A DNA stretch of 34,541 nucleotides from Gammaproteobacteria bacterium (lineage in GTDB: Bacteria; Pseudomonadota; Gammaproteobacteria; JAHELT01): assembly GCA_041623575.1 (NCBI GenBank), contig JBFJWO010000002.1:1-34541 (forward strand), written 5' to 3'. The notes under the pieces are model-generated. The model saw only the letters and a program-made list of their open reading frames with translations, searched no databases and was not told the origin of the DNA. The translations under genes were made by a program, and so were the position numbers. This document shows positions 25,896 to 34,541 of this stretch, in pieces (within the stretch, counting starts at the first letter, position 1; the number at the start of each line of letters is the position of its first letter).

Positions 25896-26870
25896 ATGCT
25901 CGTCAAGGTCGGAACGTTCAACCTGAACAACCTCTTTTCGAGGTTCAATTTTCGCGCCGAGCTCGAGCGCGCGCCGGCCGGCGACGCGGGTGGCGTGACG
26001 CTGACGTTCGGCGCCGAGCAGGTGGACGTGCGCACCTTCGACGGCCACCTCGTGCGGGCCAAGGACCGCGACGACACGATCGAGGTCGCGCGGCGGATCC
26101 GCGACGTGATGGACGCCGACGTGCTCGCGGTCCAGGAAGTCGAGCACATCGAGATCCTCAAGCGTTTCAACCACGAACACCTCGGCGACCTCTATCCCCA
26201 CGCGGTCCTGATCGAAGGCAACGACCGGCGCCTCATCGACGTCGGCCTGCTGTCGAAGCTGCCCATCGGCCTGATCGCCTCCCACCAGGCCAGGGTCCAC
26301 GAGGACGACCCCGACAACCGGGTCTTCAGCCGCGACCTGCTGCAGGTCGAGATCCTCGACCACCGCCGCAGGAAGCTCTTCGACCTCTACAACACGCACC
26401 TGAAGAGCCACTTCGTGCCTTTCTTCGAAGACCCGGTGCAAGGCGCGATCGACGCCAACAACCGGCGCCGGCGCCAGGCGCAGACGATTTCGCGGGTCAT
26501 CACCCGCATGGAACGGCCGAACAGCCGGTTCGTGCTGTGCGGCGACATGAACGACCCGCCGGACTCCGAGTTCCTGCAACCGATGCTGAGCGCCGACAAC
26601 CGCCCGCTGGTGAACGCCCTGGAAAACCCCACCGAGACCCGGGCGCCGAAAGCCGAGGTCAGCGGCCAGGGCCCGGGGCCCGGTTCTCCCGCCTGGACAC
26701 ACCGCTTCAACCCGCCCGGTCCCGAGCCGCCGCAGTACCGCCTGTTCGACCAGATCTGGGTCAGCCAGGCCCTCGCCGGGCGCTTCGGGAATGCCACCAT
26801 CGACCGGCGCACCCGCCACGGCGGCGACGGCAGCGATCACGATCCGGCCTGGATCGAACTCGACCTCTAG
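25896..26870 (+). CDS. Endonuclease/exonuclease/phosphatase (EEP) family protein, 324 aa
   Basis: Track ORF with GGGAGGAAGG upstream. EEP signatures: N-terminal VGTFNLNNLF, then VLAVQEVE, LYNTHLKS, LCGDMND, and C-terminal SDHDPAWIELDL. Confidence 0.85.
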   Translation: MLVKVGTFNLNNLFSRFNFRAELERAPAGDAGGVTLTFGAEQVDVRTFDGHLVRAKDRDDTIEVARRIRDVMDADVLAVQEVEHIEILKRFNHEHLGDLYPHAVLIEGNDRRLIDVGLLSKLPIGLIASHQARVHEDDPDNRVFSRDLLQVEILDHRRRKLFDLYNTHLKSHFVPFFEDPVQGAIDANNRRRRQAQTISRVITRMERPNSRFVLCGDMNDPPDSEFLQPMLSADNRPLVNALENPTETRAPKAEVSGQGPGPGSPAWTHRFNPPGPEPPQYRLFDQIWVSQALAGRFGNATIDRRTRHGGDGSDHDPAWIELDL

Positions 26871-26890
26871 GCGCGAGCCGCGCCCGGCCG

Positions 26891-26925
26891 GCGCCGGTCC
26901 GTCGACGACAGCCCCGCACCGGCGC
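26891..26925. terminator. Hairpin between the convergent EEP and Lrp-family genes
   Basis: GCGCCGGT (26891..26898) pairs with ACCGGCGC (26918..26925), leaving a 19-nt loop. No U-tract. Confidence 0.3.
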
Positions 26926-27363
26926 TCACGCCGGCCGCGCCGCCCCTTTTCGCTCCGAGAGCAGCAGGCTGGTTTCGGTCGCGGCGATGCCGTCCAGCGC
27001 TCGGATGCGCCTGAGGGTCTCGTCGAAGGCCTCCAGCGAGTCGGTCTCGATCTCGGCGACGATGTCCCAGCGCCCGTTGGTGGTGCTGAGCGTGCGCACT
27101 TCCGGGAAGCCGTGCAGGCGCTTGAGCACGTGCTCCGCGCTCGGCCCGCTGACCTCGATGGTCGTGATCGCCCGTACCGGGCGCGCGCCGCTGCCCGCGC
27201 GCAGCACCACCGTGAAGCCCTGGATCACCCCGCGCTCGAGCAGGCGCTCGATGCGGGCGCTGACCGTCGCCCGGGAAAGCCCCAGTTCCAGTGCGAGCGA
27301 GGACGCGGGGCGGCGGGCGTCGGTGCGCAGCAGGGCGATCAGGCGCTGGTCGGTTTCGTCCAT
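26926..27363 (-). CDS. Lrp/AsnC-family transcriptional regulator, 145 aa
   Basis: Track ORF. N-terminal HTH (DQRLIALLRTDARRPASSLALELGLSRATVSARIERLLERGVI) followed by an AsnC-type ligand-binding domain. Confidence 0.9.
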   Translation of the reverse strand: MDETDQRLIALLRTDARRPASSLALELGLSRATVSARIERLLERGVIQGFTVVLRAGSGARPVRAITTIEVSGPSAEHVLKRLHGFPEVRTLSTTNGRWDIVAEIETDSLEAFDETLRRIRALDGIAATETSLLLSERKGAARPA

Positions 27364-27512
27364 GGTTTGGCATTATGGCGATCGAAGCCGTCATTATGCT
27401 TGCCATTGCTCTCTTTTTGAACAATTTGCCGGCTATTCGCCAACGCGGGATTGGGCTATCGTTCTCCCCTTCGCCGGCGTGGTCGCCGGCCCCGACCCCG
27501 GAGTGCCCGCCC

Positions 27513-28577
27513 ATGTTCGACCACCGCGAGTTCGACGGCCACGAGCGCATCGTGCACGCGTACGACGCCGACAGCGGCCTGCGCGCAATCGTGGCCATCC
27601 ACGACACCGCCCTCGGGCCGGCCTTCGGCGGCTGCCGGATGTGGCCCTATTCCGACCCCGCCGCCGCGCTCACCGATGCGCTGCGCCTGTCGCGCGGGAT
27701 GACCGCGAAGGCGGCGATCTGCGAGCTGCCCTGGGGCGGCGGCAAGTCGGTGATCCTCGGCGACCCGCGCACGCAGAAGAGCGAGCAACTGCTGCTCGCC
27801 CTGGGCCGGGTCGTCGACAGCCTCGACGGCAGTTACGTGATCGCCGACGACGTCGGCACGACGCTGGAAGATCTCGCGGTGATTCGCCGCGAGACCCGCC
27901 ACACCGCAGCCGCCACGCCCGGCTCGCGCGCGCCGCTCGCGGTCACCGCCTACGGTGTGCTGATGGCTATCGAGGCCAGTGCCCGGGAGCTGTTCGGGCG
28001 CAGCGACCTGGCCGGGTTGCGCGTGGCCGTGCAGGGCCTCGGCAACGTCGGCATGCCGCTGTGCCAGCACCTGCACGAGCGCGGCGCGGCGCTGATCGTC
28101 GCGGACGTCGACCCGGCACGCGTCGAGAGCGCGTGCGAGCGCTTCGGCGCGCGCCCGACCAGCCCCGAGGCGATCTTCGACGCCGAGGCGGACCTGTTCG
28201 CACCCTGCGCGCTGGGCGGCATCCTCGACGATACGAACGTCGCGCGCCTGCGGGTACGCGCCGTGTGCGGCGGCGCCAACAACCAGCTCGCCGAGCGGCG
28301 CCACGATGGCGTGCTCGCCGCCCGCGGGATCGCGTTCGTGCCCGACTTTCTCGCCAGCGCCGGCGGGGTGATCGACTTCCACCAGGAATCGATCGACGAC
28401 CGGCCGGAGGCGATCTTCGCCGCCGTCGAGCGCATCCGGGAGATCACCGCCGGGGTGCTGCGCCAGGCGGCCGAGCGCAGCCAAACGCCGCTGGCGGTCG
28501 CCGAAGGCATCGTCGCGGCCCGCCTGCGGGCGCCCCGCCGCGCCGCCGCGACACCGGCGGGCGGAGCAGACGCATGA
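27513..28577 (+). CDS. Leu/Phe/Val-type amino-acid dehydrogenase (Glu/Leu/Phe/Val dehydrogenase family), 354 aa
   Basis: ATG 27513 lies in frame within track ORF 27291..28577. Catalytic-Lys motif LPWGGGKSVI. Rossmann motif VAVQGLGNVGMPL. Contains CGGANNQL. Confidence 0.85.
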   Translation: MFDHREFDGHERIVHAYDADSGLRAIVAIHDTALGPAFGGCRMWPYSDPAAALTDALRLSRGMTAKAAICELPWGGGKSVILGDPRTQKSEQLLLALGRVVDSLDGSYVIADDVGTTLEDLAVIRRETRHTAAATPGSRAPLAVTAYGVLMAIEASARELFGRSDLAGLRVAVQGLGNVGMPLCQHLHERGAALIVADVDPARVESACERFGARPTSPEAIFDAEADLFAPCALGGILDDTNVARLRVRAVCGGANNQLAERRHDGVLAARGIAFVPDFLASAGGVIDFHQESIDDRPEAIFAAVERIREITAGVLRQAAERSQTPLAVAEGIVAARLRAPRRAAATPAGGADA

Positions 28578-30172
28578 CCACGTGCGGCGAGATCCTGCCG
28601 CGCCTGCTCGCGGGCTACGGCATCGACACCGTGTTCGGCATCCCCGGCGTGCACACCGTCGACCTGTACCGCGGGTTGCCGGACAGCGGACTGCGACACG
28701 TCACGCCCCGCCACGAGCAGGGCGCCGGCTTCATGGCCGACGGCTTCGCCCGCGCGGGCGCCCGTCCGGCGGCCTGCTTCATCATCTCCGGCCCCGGCAT
28801 GACCAACATCGTCACCGCCATGGGCCAGGCCTACGCCGACTCGGTGCCGATGCTGGTCATCTCCAGCGTCAACGCGACCCACGAGCTCGGGCTCGGCGAG
28901 GGGCGCCTGCACGAGTTGCCCGACCAGCAGGCGCTGGTTCGCGGGGTATCGGTGTTCAGCCACAGCGTGCTGCGCGCCGCGGAACTGCCGTGGGTGATGG
29001 CGCGCGCCTTCGCGGTGTTCGACAGCGCCCGCCCGGGGCCGGTGCACATCGAGCTGCCGCTCGACGTGATCGCGGCGCCGGCCGAGGGGCTCGACCTTGC
29101 GCCCCATCGCACGCTCGCACGACCGGGGCCGGACCCGGCGGCGGTGGCTCGCGCGATCGCCCTGCTGAGGCGCGCCGAACGTCCGTTCGTCGTTCTCGGC
29201 GGCGGCACGCAGGACGCGCCCGGCGCCGCACTCGCGCTGGTCGAGCGCCTGGGCGCTCCCACGGCGCTCACCATCAACGCCAAGGGCGTGCTGCCGCCGC
29301 GCCACCCGCTCAGCCTCGGCAGCACCCTGCCGCAGCCGCCGGTGATGGCGGCGCTGCGCAACGCCGACGTGGTGCTGGCAATCGGCACCGAGCTGGCCGA
29401 AACCGACACCTTGCTGTTCGCCGCCCGGCTCGAGCTGACCGGCAAGGTGATCCGGATCGACGTCGACCCCGGGCAACTGACGCGCAACGCCCTGCCCGAG
29501 GTTGCCCTCTGCGCCGACGCCGGCCTCGCCATGACCGCCCTGGCCGAGGCGCTGGAGGGTCACCGCCCGCTCGAGGACGCCTCGGAGCACGTCGCCCACC
29601 TGCGCGCCGAAGCCGAGGCCGCGCTGCCGGCAGCCTATCGCACGCACGGGCGGATTCTCGAGGCGGTCGCCACGACGCTGCCCGGGGTGATCCTCGTCGG
29701 CGACTCGACGCAACCGGTCTACGGCGGCAACCTCGCTTACGAGCCGCAGGCGCCGCGGCGCTGGTTCAACTCGTCCACCGGCTACGGGACGCTGGGCTAC
29801 GGGCTGCCCGCCGCGTTCGGCGCCAAGCTCGCCCGCCCCGAGGCGCCCGTCGTCGCCCTGATCGGTGACGGCGGGCTGCAGTTCACCATCGGCGAGCTGG
29901 CGGCGGGCGTGGAGCTGGGGCTCGCGGTACCGGTGCTGGTCTGGAACAACCGCGGCTACGGCGAGATCAAGCGCTACATGCTGGAGAAAGCGATCACGCC
30001 GCTCGGCGTCGACATCTACACCCCGGACCTGCTCGCCATCGCGGCCGGCTTCGGCTGTCGGACCGCGCGCCCGCCGGACCTCGCCGGGCTCGAAACCGCG
30101 TTACGCGAGGCGCACGGCGCCGGGCGCCCGACGTTGATCGAGATCGACGAGGCGACCGCGCTGGGCTGGTAA
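28574..30172 (+). CDS. ThDP-dependent 2-oxoacid decarboxylase, similar to 5-guanidino-2-oxopentanoate decarboxylase (AruI)-type enzymes, 532 aa
   Basis: ATG 28574 is the C-terminal third of the artefactual 1551-aa track ORF 25517..30172. Its start overlaps the stop of the dehydrogenase gene (ATGA). ThDP motif IGDGGLQFTIGELAAGVELGLAVPVLVWNNRGYG. N-terminal IDTVFGIPGVHTVDLYRGL. The substrate assignment is tentative. Confidence 0.8.
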   Translation: MTTCGEILPRLLAGYGIDTVFGIPGVHTVDLYRGLPDSGLRHVTPRHEQGAGFMADGFARAGARPAACFIISGPGMTNIVTAMGQAYADSVPMLVISSVNATHELGLGEGRLHELPDQQALVRGVSVFSHSVLRAAELPWVMARAFAVFDSARPGPVHIELPLDVIAAPAEGLDLAPHRTLARPGPDPAAVARAIALLRRAERPFVVLGGGTQDAPGAALALVERLGAPTALTINAKGVLPPRHPLSLGSTLPQPPVMAALRNADVVLAIGTELAETDTLLFAARLELTGKVIRIDVDPGQLTRNALPEVALCADAGLAMTALAEALEGHRPLEDASEHVAHLRAEAEAALPAAYRTHGRILEAVATTLPGVILVGDSTQPVYGGNLAYEPQAPRRWFNSSTGYGTLGYGLPAAFGAKLARPEAPVVALIGDGGLQFTIGELAAGVELGLAVPVLVWNNRGYGEIKRYMLEKAITPLGVDIYTPDLLAIAAGFGCRTARPPDLAGLETALREAHGAGRPTLIEIDEATALGW

Positions 30173-30253
30173 GTCCGCACGATCGCAAGGCTGGCGCGAC
30201 GTTTCCGCCTTCCACCCCCGGGCGCGGGACGCCGGGGCGCGTAGGCGCCCGGC

Positions 30254-30886
30254 TCACTGCAGTGGGTAGTTTCGCCCGGGGCGTGCGCGGTAAGCGGGCA
30301 GCGCCAGCCTGAGCCGGATCGCGAGCGCGCGCAGCACGAAGCAGGCGGCGAATCCCGCCAGCCCGGGTGCCGGCGCCGGGACGTCCGCCGCGATCAGTGC
30401 AACGTACACGCCGGACCCGAGCGCCGCCGCGGTCGCATAGATCTCGCGGCGCAGGATGAGCGGGATCTCGTTGCAGATGACGTCGCGAATCACGCCCCCG
30501 AAGGTCGCCGTCATCACGCCCATCAGCGTCGCTACCGGCCAGGCGACGCCCGTCTCGAGGGCCACCGCGGCGCCGGTGACGGCGAACAGCGACAGGCCGG
30601 CCGCGTCGGCCCACAGCAACACGGGGTAGCGGCGGTGGATGTAGGGGGCGGCGAAGAACAGCAGCGCCGCCACCGAGAAACACACCAGCAGGTACTCGGG
30701 CCGGGCGATCCAGAACACCGCGCGGTCGAGCAACAGGTCGCGCAGGGTCCCGCCGCCGACGCCGGTCACCGCGCCGACCAGCACGAACCCCACCGCGTCC
30801 ATCTCCTTGCGCGAAGCGACGAGTGCACCGCTGGCCGCGAAGACCGCGACGCCCGCAAGGTCGAGCCAGTGAACGACTTCGATCAA
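30254..30886 (-). CDS. TRIC-type cation channel / UPF0126 (YadS/YicG-like) membrane protein, 210 aa
   Basis: Track ORF. Two internal repeats each carry the glycine motif (GVGGGTLRDLLL and TFGGVIRDVICNE). Confidence 0.85.
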   Translation of the reverse strand: MIEVVHWLDLAGVAVFAASGALVASRKEMDAVGFVLVGAVTGVGGGTLRDLLLDRAVFWIARPEYLLVCFSVAALLFFAAPYIHRRYPVLLWADAAGLSLFAVTGAAVALETGVAWPVATLMGVMTATFGGVIRDVICNEIPLILRREIYATAAALGSGVYVALIAADVPAPAPGLAGFAACFVLRALAIRLRLALPAYRARPGRNYPLQ

Positions 30887-31090
30887 CGCCGAACGCTCCC
30901 GGCTGCGACAAGGGGGCGCAATATGCCACAGGCGACCGTCGTCATGAACCCTCCCCGACCGCCTGGCGCGCCCGGCGAGACCGACGACATTGCTCCGGGC
31001 CTGCGCGCGAGTCGCGCGTCGTCACGGCGGCGGCGCGTTTGGTCTATCATGGCGCCGCGTCGACGACACCTACACAAGCGAGGATGGGCG

Positions 31091-31681
31091 ATGCGAGCCA
31101 GTGCAATGAAGGCCCTGCTGCTGCTCGGCCTGGCGATCGGGCCGGCCGCCGCGGCCGAGAAGGCGACCTTCGCGGGCGGTTGTTTCTGGTGCATGGAGGC
31201 CGATTTCGAGGGCCTGCCCGGGGTGCTGGACGTGGTGTCCGGCTTCACCGGCGGCACGCTCGAGAACCCGACCTACAACGGCAACCACGACGGCCACTAC
31301 GAAGCCGTCGAGATCACCTACGACGCGAACGTCGTCAGCTACGAGCGCCTGCTCGACCACTACTGGGTGAACATCGACCCGTTCGACGCGCGCGGGCAGT
31401 TCTGCGACAAGGGCCACAGCTACCTGGCGGCGATCTTCGTCGCGACCCCGGCCGAACGCCTGCTGGCGAACCAATCGAAGCAACGGGTCGTGGACAGGTT
31501 CCCGGACCGGCGGGTGGTGACGCCCATCCTCGACGCCGGTGTCTTCTACCCGATCGCCGGCGACGAGAGTTACCACCAGGACTACTACAAGAAGTTCCCG
31601 ATCCGCTACAAGTTCTACCGCCTGACCTGCGGGCGCGACGCGCGGTTGCGCGATATCTGGGGCGATCAGGCCACGCACTAG
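31091..31681 (+). CDS. msrA: Peptide-methionine (S)-S-oxide reductase MsrA with N-terminal signal peptide, 196 aa
   Basis: ATG 31091 lies in frame within track ORF 30635..31681; an alternative start is ATG 31106. Signal-like segment MRASAMKALLLLGLAIGPAAAA. The catalytic GCFWC follows immediately. Confidence 0.9.
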   Translation: MRASAMKALLLLGLAIGPAAAAEKATFAGGCFWCMEADFEGLPGVLDVVSGFTGGTLENPTYNGNHDGHYEAVEITYDANVVSYERLLDHYWVNIDPFDARGQFCDKGHSYLAAIFVATPAERLLANQSKQRVVDRFPDRRVVTPILDAGVFYPIAGDESYHQDYYKKFPIRYKFYRLTCGRDARLRDIWGDQATH

Positions 31682-31721
31682 AGTGGCCTGTAACATCTGC
31701 TTCGGTACCGCACAGGCCACT
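31682..31721. terminator. Hairpin between convergent msrA and the antiporter gene
   Basis: AGTGGCCTGT (31682..31691) pairs with ACAGGCCACT (31712..31721): a 10-bp perfect stem with a 20-nt loop. It starts immediately after the msrA TAG. Confidence 0.4.
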
Positions 31722-31751
31722 CGGCCGGCGCCGATCCCACGCCGCAAGCGA

Positions 31752-32990
31752 TCACGACACCGTTTCGGCGTCCTGCTCGAGGGCGCGGGCGTCGAGGTAC
31801 TTCTTCAGCAACAGCGGGTTGACCACCAGCGTGAAGGCCACCGCGACGAAGACCAGGCACAGCATGCTCAGCTTGTGGGGATAGTCGTCGGGCACCATGA
31901 GCAGCAGCGCCACCGGGATTGCGCCCTTGGCGCCGCCGAGCAGTTGCACGTGCTGCCAGCTCATCGGCACCGGGTGGCGAAGCGCGCCCAGCACGAGGCC
32001 GCCGCCGTAGACCGTCGCGGCCCGGGCGAGCAGCAGCGTGACGACGATCCCGCCGATGGCCCAGACCAGCGGAAACGGATGCGATCCCGTCTCGACGCCG
32101 AGCAGGAAGAACAGCACGCTGCCCGCGAGCACGCTGATGTAGCGCCAGAATCCGTGAAACAGGTCGTCGTGCTGGCGCGTGCCGCCGGCGAGGCGCACGT
32201 GGCTGAACACGAGCGCCGCACACAGCACCGCTATGACCCCGGAGAGCGACAGCACGTGCTCGGCGAGCAGGAAACTCCCGTAGCACAGGAGCACAGTGAG
32301 CGTGATGCCGGTGAACCTGTTCTGCTCCTTCCACACGACCACCAGCTTGCCGGCGAACCAGCCCAGCGCCAGGCCGCACACGATGCCGCCGGCGAGGTTC
32401 CAGGCGAACAGCGCGAGCGTGCCGCGTGCGTCGAACGTTTCGCCCGCGAGCACTACCGCACCGAGCGCGGTGAACAGCACGATGGCGACGCTGTCGTTGA
32501 AGATCGACTCGCCCTCCATCAGCAGTTCCAGGCGCTGCGGAATGGAAAAGCGGTGAATGACGACGCTCACCGCGGCGGGATCGGTGGCCGCGAGCGCCAC
32601 ACCGAACCACAGACCGTGCACGAGTGCGAACCCGAGCATCCAGGCCACGGCCACACCGATCACCACCGTCGCGAGCAAGGTCCCGCCGATCGCCATCACG
32701 CCGAGGGGCAGCCATTGCCGGGCCAGCACCCGGCCGGGCAGCGCGGCGCCACCGGCGAAGACCATCGCCGGGAGCAGCAACAGGAAGACCGTCTGTGGCT
32801 CCATCATGAGCACCGGCAGCGCCGGCAACCAGTGATTGCGGGCCAGCGCGTAGGCGATACCCGCGAGCAGCAGCCAGGTCTCGGGCGGCAGCGGCGAAGT
32901 CCTGGTGTAGTGGCGCACCACCGCGGCCAGCAGCAGGAATCCGCCGATCCCGACCAGCGTGGTGGCCAACTCGCCGCCGTGCTCTAACAT
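31752..32990 (-). CDS. CPA1-family Na+(K+)/H+ antiporter (NhaP-like), 412 aa
   Basis: ATG 32990 lies in frame within track ORF 31752..33152. Polytopic. Contains the ...ALAATDPAAV... and ...EGESIFNDSVAIVLF... motifs typical of CPA1 exchangers. Confidence 0.85.
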   Translation of the reverse strand: MLEHGGELATTLVGIGGFLLLAAVVRHYTRTSPLPPETWLLLAGIAYALARNHWLPALPVLMMEPQTVFLLLLPAMVFAGGAALPGRVLARQWLPLGVMAIGGTLLATVVIGVAVAWMLGFALVHGLWFGVALAATDPAAVSVVIHRFSIPQRLELLMEGESIFNDSVAIVLFTALGAVVLAGETFDARGTLALFAWNLAGGIVCGLALGWFAGKLVVVWKEQNRFTGITLTVLLCYGSFLLAEHVLSLSGVIAVLCAALVFSHVRLAGGTRQHDDLFHGFWRYISVLAGSVLFFLLGVETGSHPFPLVWAIGGIVVTLLLARAATVYGGGLVLGALRHPVPMSWQHVQLLGGAKGAIPVALLLMVPDDYPHKLSMLCLVFVAVAFTLVVNPLLLKKYLDARALEQDAETVS

Positions 32991-33307
32991 CGCTGTCGCA
33001 TCGTTTCGCGCGGGGGACCGGGCAACGGCTGCGGGTCCGATGAAGCGCGGTGCCGTCGAGCGTAACGTGCCGGGCCGCCCGCGTCGACCGCACGGCGACC
33101 GGTCAGGCGTCGGGAAGGAATCGCCCGTGGCGAAGCGGCCAAGGTGCGGCACGATGGCGCGACGATTGCCGTCATGGCCGCGTAGTGGCCCATGGAATCG
33201 GTGGCGCCGGTCTTTGTCACGGTGCTCGGAGCGCTGTCCGTGCCGTGCGTTGTCCGGCTCGCAGGTTTGGTCTGCCGGACATTGCGCATTCCCGATGCTC
33301 GGTTAAC

Positions 33308-34258
33308 ATGCCACGCATGCGCGGCCTGTACCCGGCGATCGAACCCACGGCCACGCACCGCCTGGCGATCACCGACCTGCACGAACTGCACGTGGAAGAG
33401 TGCGGCACGCCCGGTGGCGAGCCGGTGCTGTTCCTGCACGGCGGACCCGGCTCGGGGTGCAGCGCCGATCACCGGCGCTACTTCGACCCGGCCCGCTACC
33501 ACATCGTGCTGGTTGATCAGCGCGGCGCCGGCAGGTCCACGCCGAGCGGCGAGCTGCAAGGTAACACCACGTCCGAGCTGGTCAGCGACCTGGAGACAGT
33601 GCGCGAGCACCTGGGCCTCGAGCGCTGGGTGCTGTTCGGCGGCTCCTGGGGGGCAACGCTCGCCCTTGCCTACGCGCAGGCCCATGCCGGGCGAGTCAGC
33701 GGCCTCATTCTGCGCGGCACGTTTCTCGGTACCCGCCCGGAGGTGCAGTGGTTGTTCCGCGACGGTGCCAACCGGGTGTTCCCGGACTACTGGGCGGAGT
33801 TCGCCGCTTTGCTCGAACCGGCCGAGCTGGCCGACCCGGTCTCGGCCTACCACCGCCTGATCACATCGGGCGACGAGGAGACGCGCCTGCGCGCCGCCGG
33901 CGCCTGGTCGCGCTGGACCGCGCGGGTCGCCACCTACACGCTGGTGGACGCAGGTTCGGGTGGCGCGGGCGATGTACAGGCGACGCTCGCCAGGTCCCGC
34001 ATCGAGAGCCACTACGCGGTGAACGGCTATTTCCTGGACGAGGGGCAGCTGCTGCGTGAGGCCGACCGGCTTGCGAGCGTGCCCACCCGCATCGTGCACG
34101 GACGTCACGACCTGACGTGTCTGCTGGAATCCTCCTGGCGGCTGCACCGGGCGCTGCCCCACTCGCACCTGCACATCGTGCCCGACGCCGGCCACCTGGC
34201 CGGCGAACCCGCGATGATCGACGCGCTGATCACTGCCAGCGACGCCCTGTTGCGATGA
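33308..34258 (+). CDS. pip: Prolyl aminopeptidase (proline iminopeptidase), alpha/beta hydrolase, about 316 aa
   Basis: ATG 33308 (alternative ATG 33317, MRGLYP...) lies in frame within track ORF 33050..34258. Motifs [13 protein letters not shown], nucleophile elbow GGSWG. Conserved C-terminal ...IVPDAGH. Confidence 0.9.
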   Translation: MPRMRGLYPAIEPTATHRLAITDLHELHVEECGTPGGEPVLFLHGGPGSGCSADHRRYFDPARYHIVLVDQRGAGRSTPSGELQGNTTSELVSDLETVREHLGLERWVLFGGSWGATLALAYAQAHAGRVSGLILRGTFLGTRPEVQWLFRDGANRVFPDYWAEFAALLEPAELADPVSAYHRLITSGDEETRLRAAGAWSRWTARVATYTLVDAGSGGAGDVQATLARSRIESHYAVNGYFLDEGQLLREADRLASVPTRIVHGRHDLTCLLESSWRLHRALPHSHLHIVPDAGHLAGEPAMIDALITASDALLR

Positions 34259-34541
34259 TCTCGCCGTCCCTGCTGCGCCCGGCGAGGCGTTTGGAGTTGC
34301 GGGGATTGCGGAACACCAGCTCGTCGACCCGATCCGCCGCGCCCGTCGTGATGGCCGCCGTGACGACGTCGTGGTGGGGAGACAGGCTGCACACGGGGTC
34401 CGTGTTGCAGGCGTTGCCCGTCAGCATGTAGGCCTGACAGCGGCAGCCCCCGAAATCTTTCTCATGCTCGGGACAACTGCGGCACGGCTCTCGCATCCAG
34501 TCGAAGCCGCGGAAGCGGTTGAAAGCGTCAGAGTCTTTCCA
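34230..34541 (-). CDS. pqqE: PQQ biosynthesis radical-SAM/SPASM protein PqqE, C-terminal fragment (the N-terminus lies beyond the right edge)
   Basis: The frame stays open from the window edge: [57 protein letters not shown]... This matches the PqqE C-terminal Cys-rich region from memory. The track shows only the ATG-initiated part, 34230..34496. Confidence 0.85.
   Translation of the reverse strand, partial: WKDSDAFNRFRGFDWMREPCRSCPEHEKDFGGCRCQAYMLTGNACNTDPVCSLSPHHDVVTAAITTGAADRVDELVFRNPRNSKRLAGRSRDGEIIATGRRWQ

Noticed and set aside
25517-30172. 1551-aa plus-strand ORF, the longest in the track
   Set aside because: The first two thirds are extremely Arg/Pro/Gly/Ala-rich with no domain-like sequence. 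They run out of frame or antisense across ybiI, the EEP gene, the Lrp gene and the dehydrogenase gene. Only the last 532 codons (from ATG 28574) read as a real ThDP enzyme. This is a high-GC open-frame artefact.
33000-33307. Possible ncRNA or riboswitch in the 317-bp antiporter/pip divergent spacer (7-bp inverted repeat GTCCGGC...GCCGGAC near 33252..33280)
   Set aside because: There is only a short stem with a 15-nt loop and no recognisable riboswitch core. It cannot be distinguished from chance in 70% GC DNA.
34230-34258. 29-nt convergent overlap of the pip and pqqE 3' ends as a possible regulatory antisense arrangement
   Set aside because: The last roughly 15 residues of the pqqE frame (…[17 protein letters not shown]) are not recognisably PqqE-like. 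They probably reflect late stop-codon placement in GC-rich DNA, and there is no evidence of function.

Overview
High-GC (about 70%) proteobacterial chromosomal segment carrying about 31 protein genes. I saw no rRNA, tRNA, CRISPR array, transposase or integrase. The main feature, at 3.1-10.4 kb, is a complete Mtr-type porin-cytochrome extracellular electron transfer (EET) module. On the minus strand it has mtrC (859-aa decahaem lipoprotein), mtrA (periplasmic decahaem) and mtrB (718-aa outer-membrane porin with an N-terminal CXXC). Divergent from these are a c4-type dihaem cytochrome and a NapC/NirT/CymA-type tetrahaem quinol dehydrogenase, giving 26 CXXCH motifs in 5 genes. The shared 230-bp control region holds two FNR-like TTGAT-N4-ATCAA boxes, and a perfect 10-bp hairpin lies between mtrC and mtrA. 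The window centre holds a translationally coupled envelope operon (CsgG-like, TPR-like lipoprotein, YcfL, LpoB). Divergent from it is an uncharacterised pair: a 3-TM membrane protein and an exported HExxH peptidase with an SH3b domain. The rest is mostly housekeeping or catabolic: xsc (partial), rhlE plus an RRM RNA-binding protein, a TAXI-TRAP transporter, an SLC13/TrkA-C transporter, an FprA-like reductase, ybiI plus an EEP nuclease/phosphatase, an Lrp-regulated amino-acid dehydrogenase plus ThDP decarboxylase pair, a TRIC channel, an exported MsrA, an NhaP antiporter, pip, and pqqE (partial). Many very long ORFs in the track are antisense or out-of-frame shadows typical of high-GC DNA and were rejected. 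All family assignments come from motif reading and memory, not from searches.
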